From an uncultured Actinomycetes bacterium (GTDB taxonomy: Bacteria; Actinomycetota; UBA4738; HRBIN12), in assembly GCA_963790335.1 (NCBI GenBank), contig CAWBOB010000003.1, positions 223,191-287,190 on the forward strand: 64,000 nt of DNA, in the 5' to 3' direction. Positions within the stretch are counted from its first letter, which is position 1. Each line of letters starts with the position of its first letter. Positions 62,906-64,000 of this stretch are shown piece by piece. The notes under the pieces are model-generated. The model searched no databases. It was not told the DNA's origin and saw nothing but the letters and a program-made list of their open reading frames with translations. Made by a program: the position numbers and the translations under genes.

Positions 62906-64000
62906 ATGACCGCCACCGGGGTCGTCAGCGTGCGGCAGACCTCACGTGCGCACGATCTCGTTGCCGCCGCACCCATCGTGGTGCTCCGCGCCACGGCGGC
63001 GGCGCTCGCGGTCGCCGCGCTCGGACAGGTGGCACCGTCGCTCGTCAACGTCGCCGGAGGCGGACTGGCGGTCGAGACCCAGCTGCGCATCGGATGGCTC
63101 TACACCATGGCCGGACACGCCGTCTCGGTCAGCGCCGTCGGCGCATCGGGAACCACGTCGGAGGGCGGGCTCGTCGCCGGCCTGGTCAGCGTGCGGCTCG
63201 GCATGCTCACGATCGCGGCGGTCGCGATCGCCATGATCGCCGTGGGCGCGCGAGCCGCCGCGCGGCGGGTCGACGACGCCGGGGTCAGGCGGATCGTGGC
63301 GGGAGCCTCGCTCGCGCTGCCGTACGCCGCGCTGATCGGAGGCGTGAACACCGCTGTGAGCCTGCGACTCGATACCGGAGGAGGGTTCTGGCCCGAGGCG
63401 ACCAGGTTCGCCTCCCCGACCTGGGAAGGGTTCGTGATCCCCGGAGCCATGGCCCTCGCCGCCGGCGCGATCGGAGGGTGGTCCGTCTCCGAGCGGTGGA
63501 TGTGGCCCTCGGGCAGGGTGGTGCGGGCCGGCGTGCGGGCCTTCGGCTGGACCATCGCGCTCAGCTTCATCGGCGTGCTCACCTTCGCGACGCTTCGCCC
63601 CGAGGGGCTCGAACGCTACTCGGTCGAGATGTGGTCGGGCGGGGCCCAGCGCGCGGCGCTCTACATCGGTCACCAGACGCTGCTGCTTCCCGATCAGGCG
63701 ATGTGGGTGCTGACGCCGTCGATGGGAGGATGCGTGTCGGCCCGCGTCGACGACGGCGCGCACGACGTGCTCTGCCTCGACCGCATCCCGCGCGCCCGCG
63801 ACCCGGCCACGTGGCTGTTGTCCGAGCTCGGACGGGTCGACGGATCGCCGCCGGTCGCTCCCATGCCGTGGTCGGCCTGGCTCTTCGTCGCCGTGCCCAC
63901 GGCGGCGATCCTGCTCGGTTTCCATCGGCTCGGGCGGTGGGCCCCGAGTCTCGCAGGGGCGGCCGCACGCGGGTTGCTCGCCGGCGTCGTGTTCGCCGCG
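62906..64000 (+). CDS. Polytopic membrane protein, 3' end beyond the window
   Basis: Not in the ORF track because there is no stop. Frame 2 is open for 365 codons from ATG 62906 to the window end with strong G/C third-position bias: MTATGVVSVRQ...GMLTIAAVAIAMIAVGA...WTIALSFIGVLTFATL...WSAWLFVAVPTAAILLGF. No family recognised. Confidence 0.6.
   Translation, partial: MTATGVVSVRQTSRAHDLVAAAPIVVLRATAAALAVAALGQVAPSLVNVAGGGLAVETQLRIGWLYTMAGHAVSVSAVGASGTTSEGGLVAGLVSVRLGMLTIAAVAIAMIAVGARAAARRVDDAGVRRIVAGASLALPYAALIGGVNTAVSLRLDTGGGFWPEATRFASPTWEGFVIPGAMALAAGAIGGWSVSERWMWPSGRVVRAGVRAFGWTIALSFIGVLTFATLRPEGLERYSVEMWSGGAQRAALYIGHQTLLLPDQAMWVLTPSMGGCVSARVDDGAHDVLCLDRIPRARDPATWLLSELGRVDGSPPVAPMPWSAWLFVAVPTAAILLGFHRLGRWAPSLAGAAARGLLAGVVFAA

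Overview
About 70% GC, with gene content and order typical of an Actinomycetota chromosomal core (mycobacteria-like synteny rplM-rpsI-glmM...glmS...alr-tsaE-tsaB-rimI-tsaD-groES-groEL...GMC oxidase-guaB3-like-guaA). Positions 1-21.4 kb hold the str/S10/spc/alpha ribosomal-protein superoperon (rpsL to rplQ, with secY, adk, map, infA, rpmJ, rpoA), then truA and rplM-rpsI. Next come rtcB, an arsR-arsM-arsC arsenic operon, glmM, glmS, acpS, nnr and alr. After these lie an alpha/beta hydrolase, a family-4 UDG, tsaE-tsaB-rimI-tsaD, two sugar-nucleotide epimerases plus a cupin, and CIRCE-controlled groES-groEL. These are followed by a Leu/Phe/Val dehydrogenase, a phosphodiesterase-cysC pair, a GMC oxidoreductase, a GuaB3-like protein, guaA, an XRE regulator, a class E sortase, pcrA, a DMFase-like gene and a Rieske oxygenase. 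The window ends with a four-gene tandem array of alpha/beta-hydrolase + class III cyclase fusions, a stand-alone B12-binding mutase domain, sucCD and a membrane protein running off the end. I found no rRNA, tRNA, CRISPR array, transposase, integrase or recognisable defence system. Two things stand out. (1) The tight operon of four diverged LipJ/Rv1900c-like hydrolase-cyclase paralogues has a patterned loss or swap of catalytic residues; this is the best candidate for an undescribed multi-component signalling module. (2) At least about 35 single-nucleotide frame breaks interrupt otherwise well-conserved, mostly essential genes (rplP, tsaD, guaA, pcrA, sucC, sucD and others). More than 30 of them fall in 46.9-53.6 kb, many are at G/C runs, and three share the context CCGGG-T-C. 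I read these as consensus/assembly errors until shown otherwise. Everything here is manual translation and motif recognition. No database search was run, and starts and frameshift positions are good to a few nt only.
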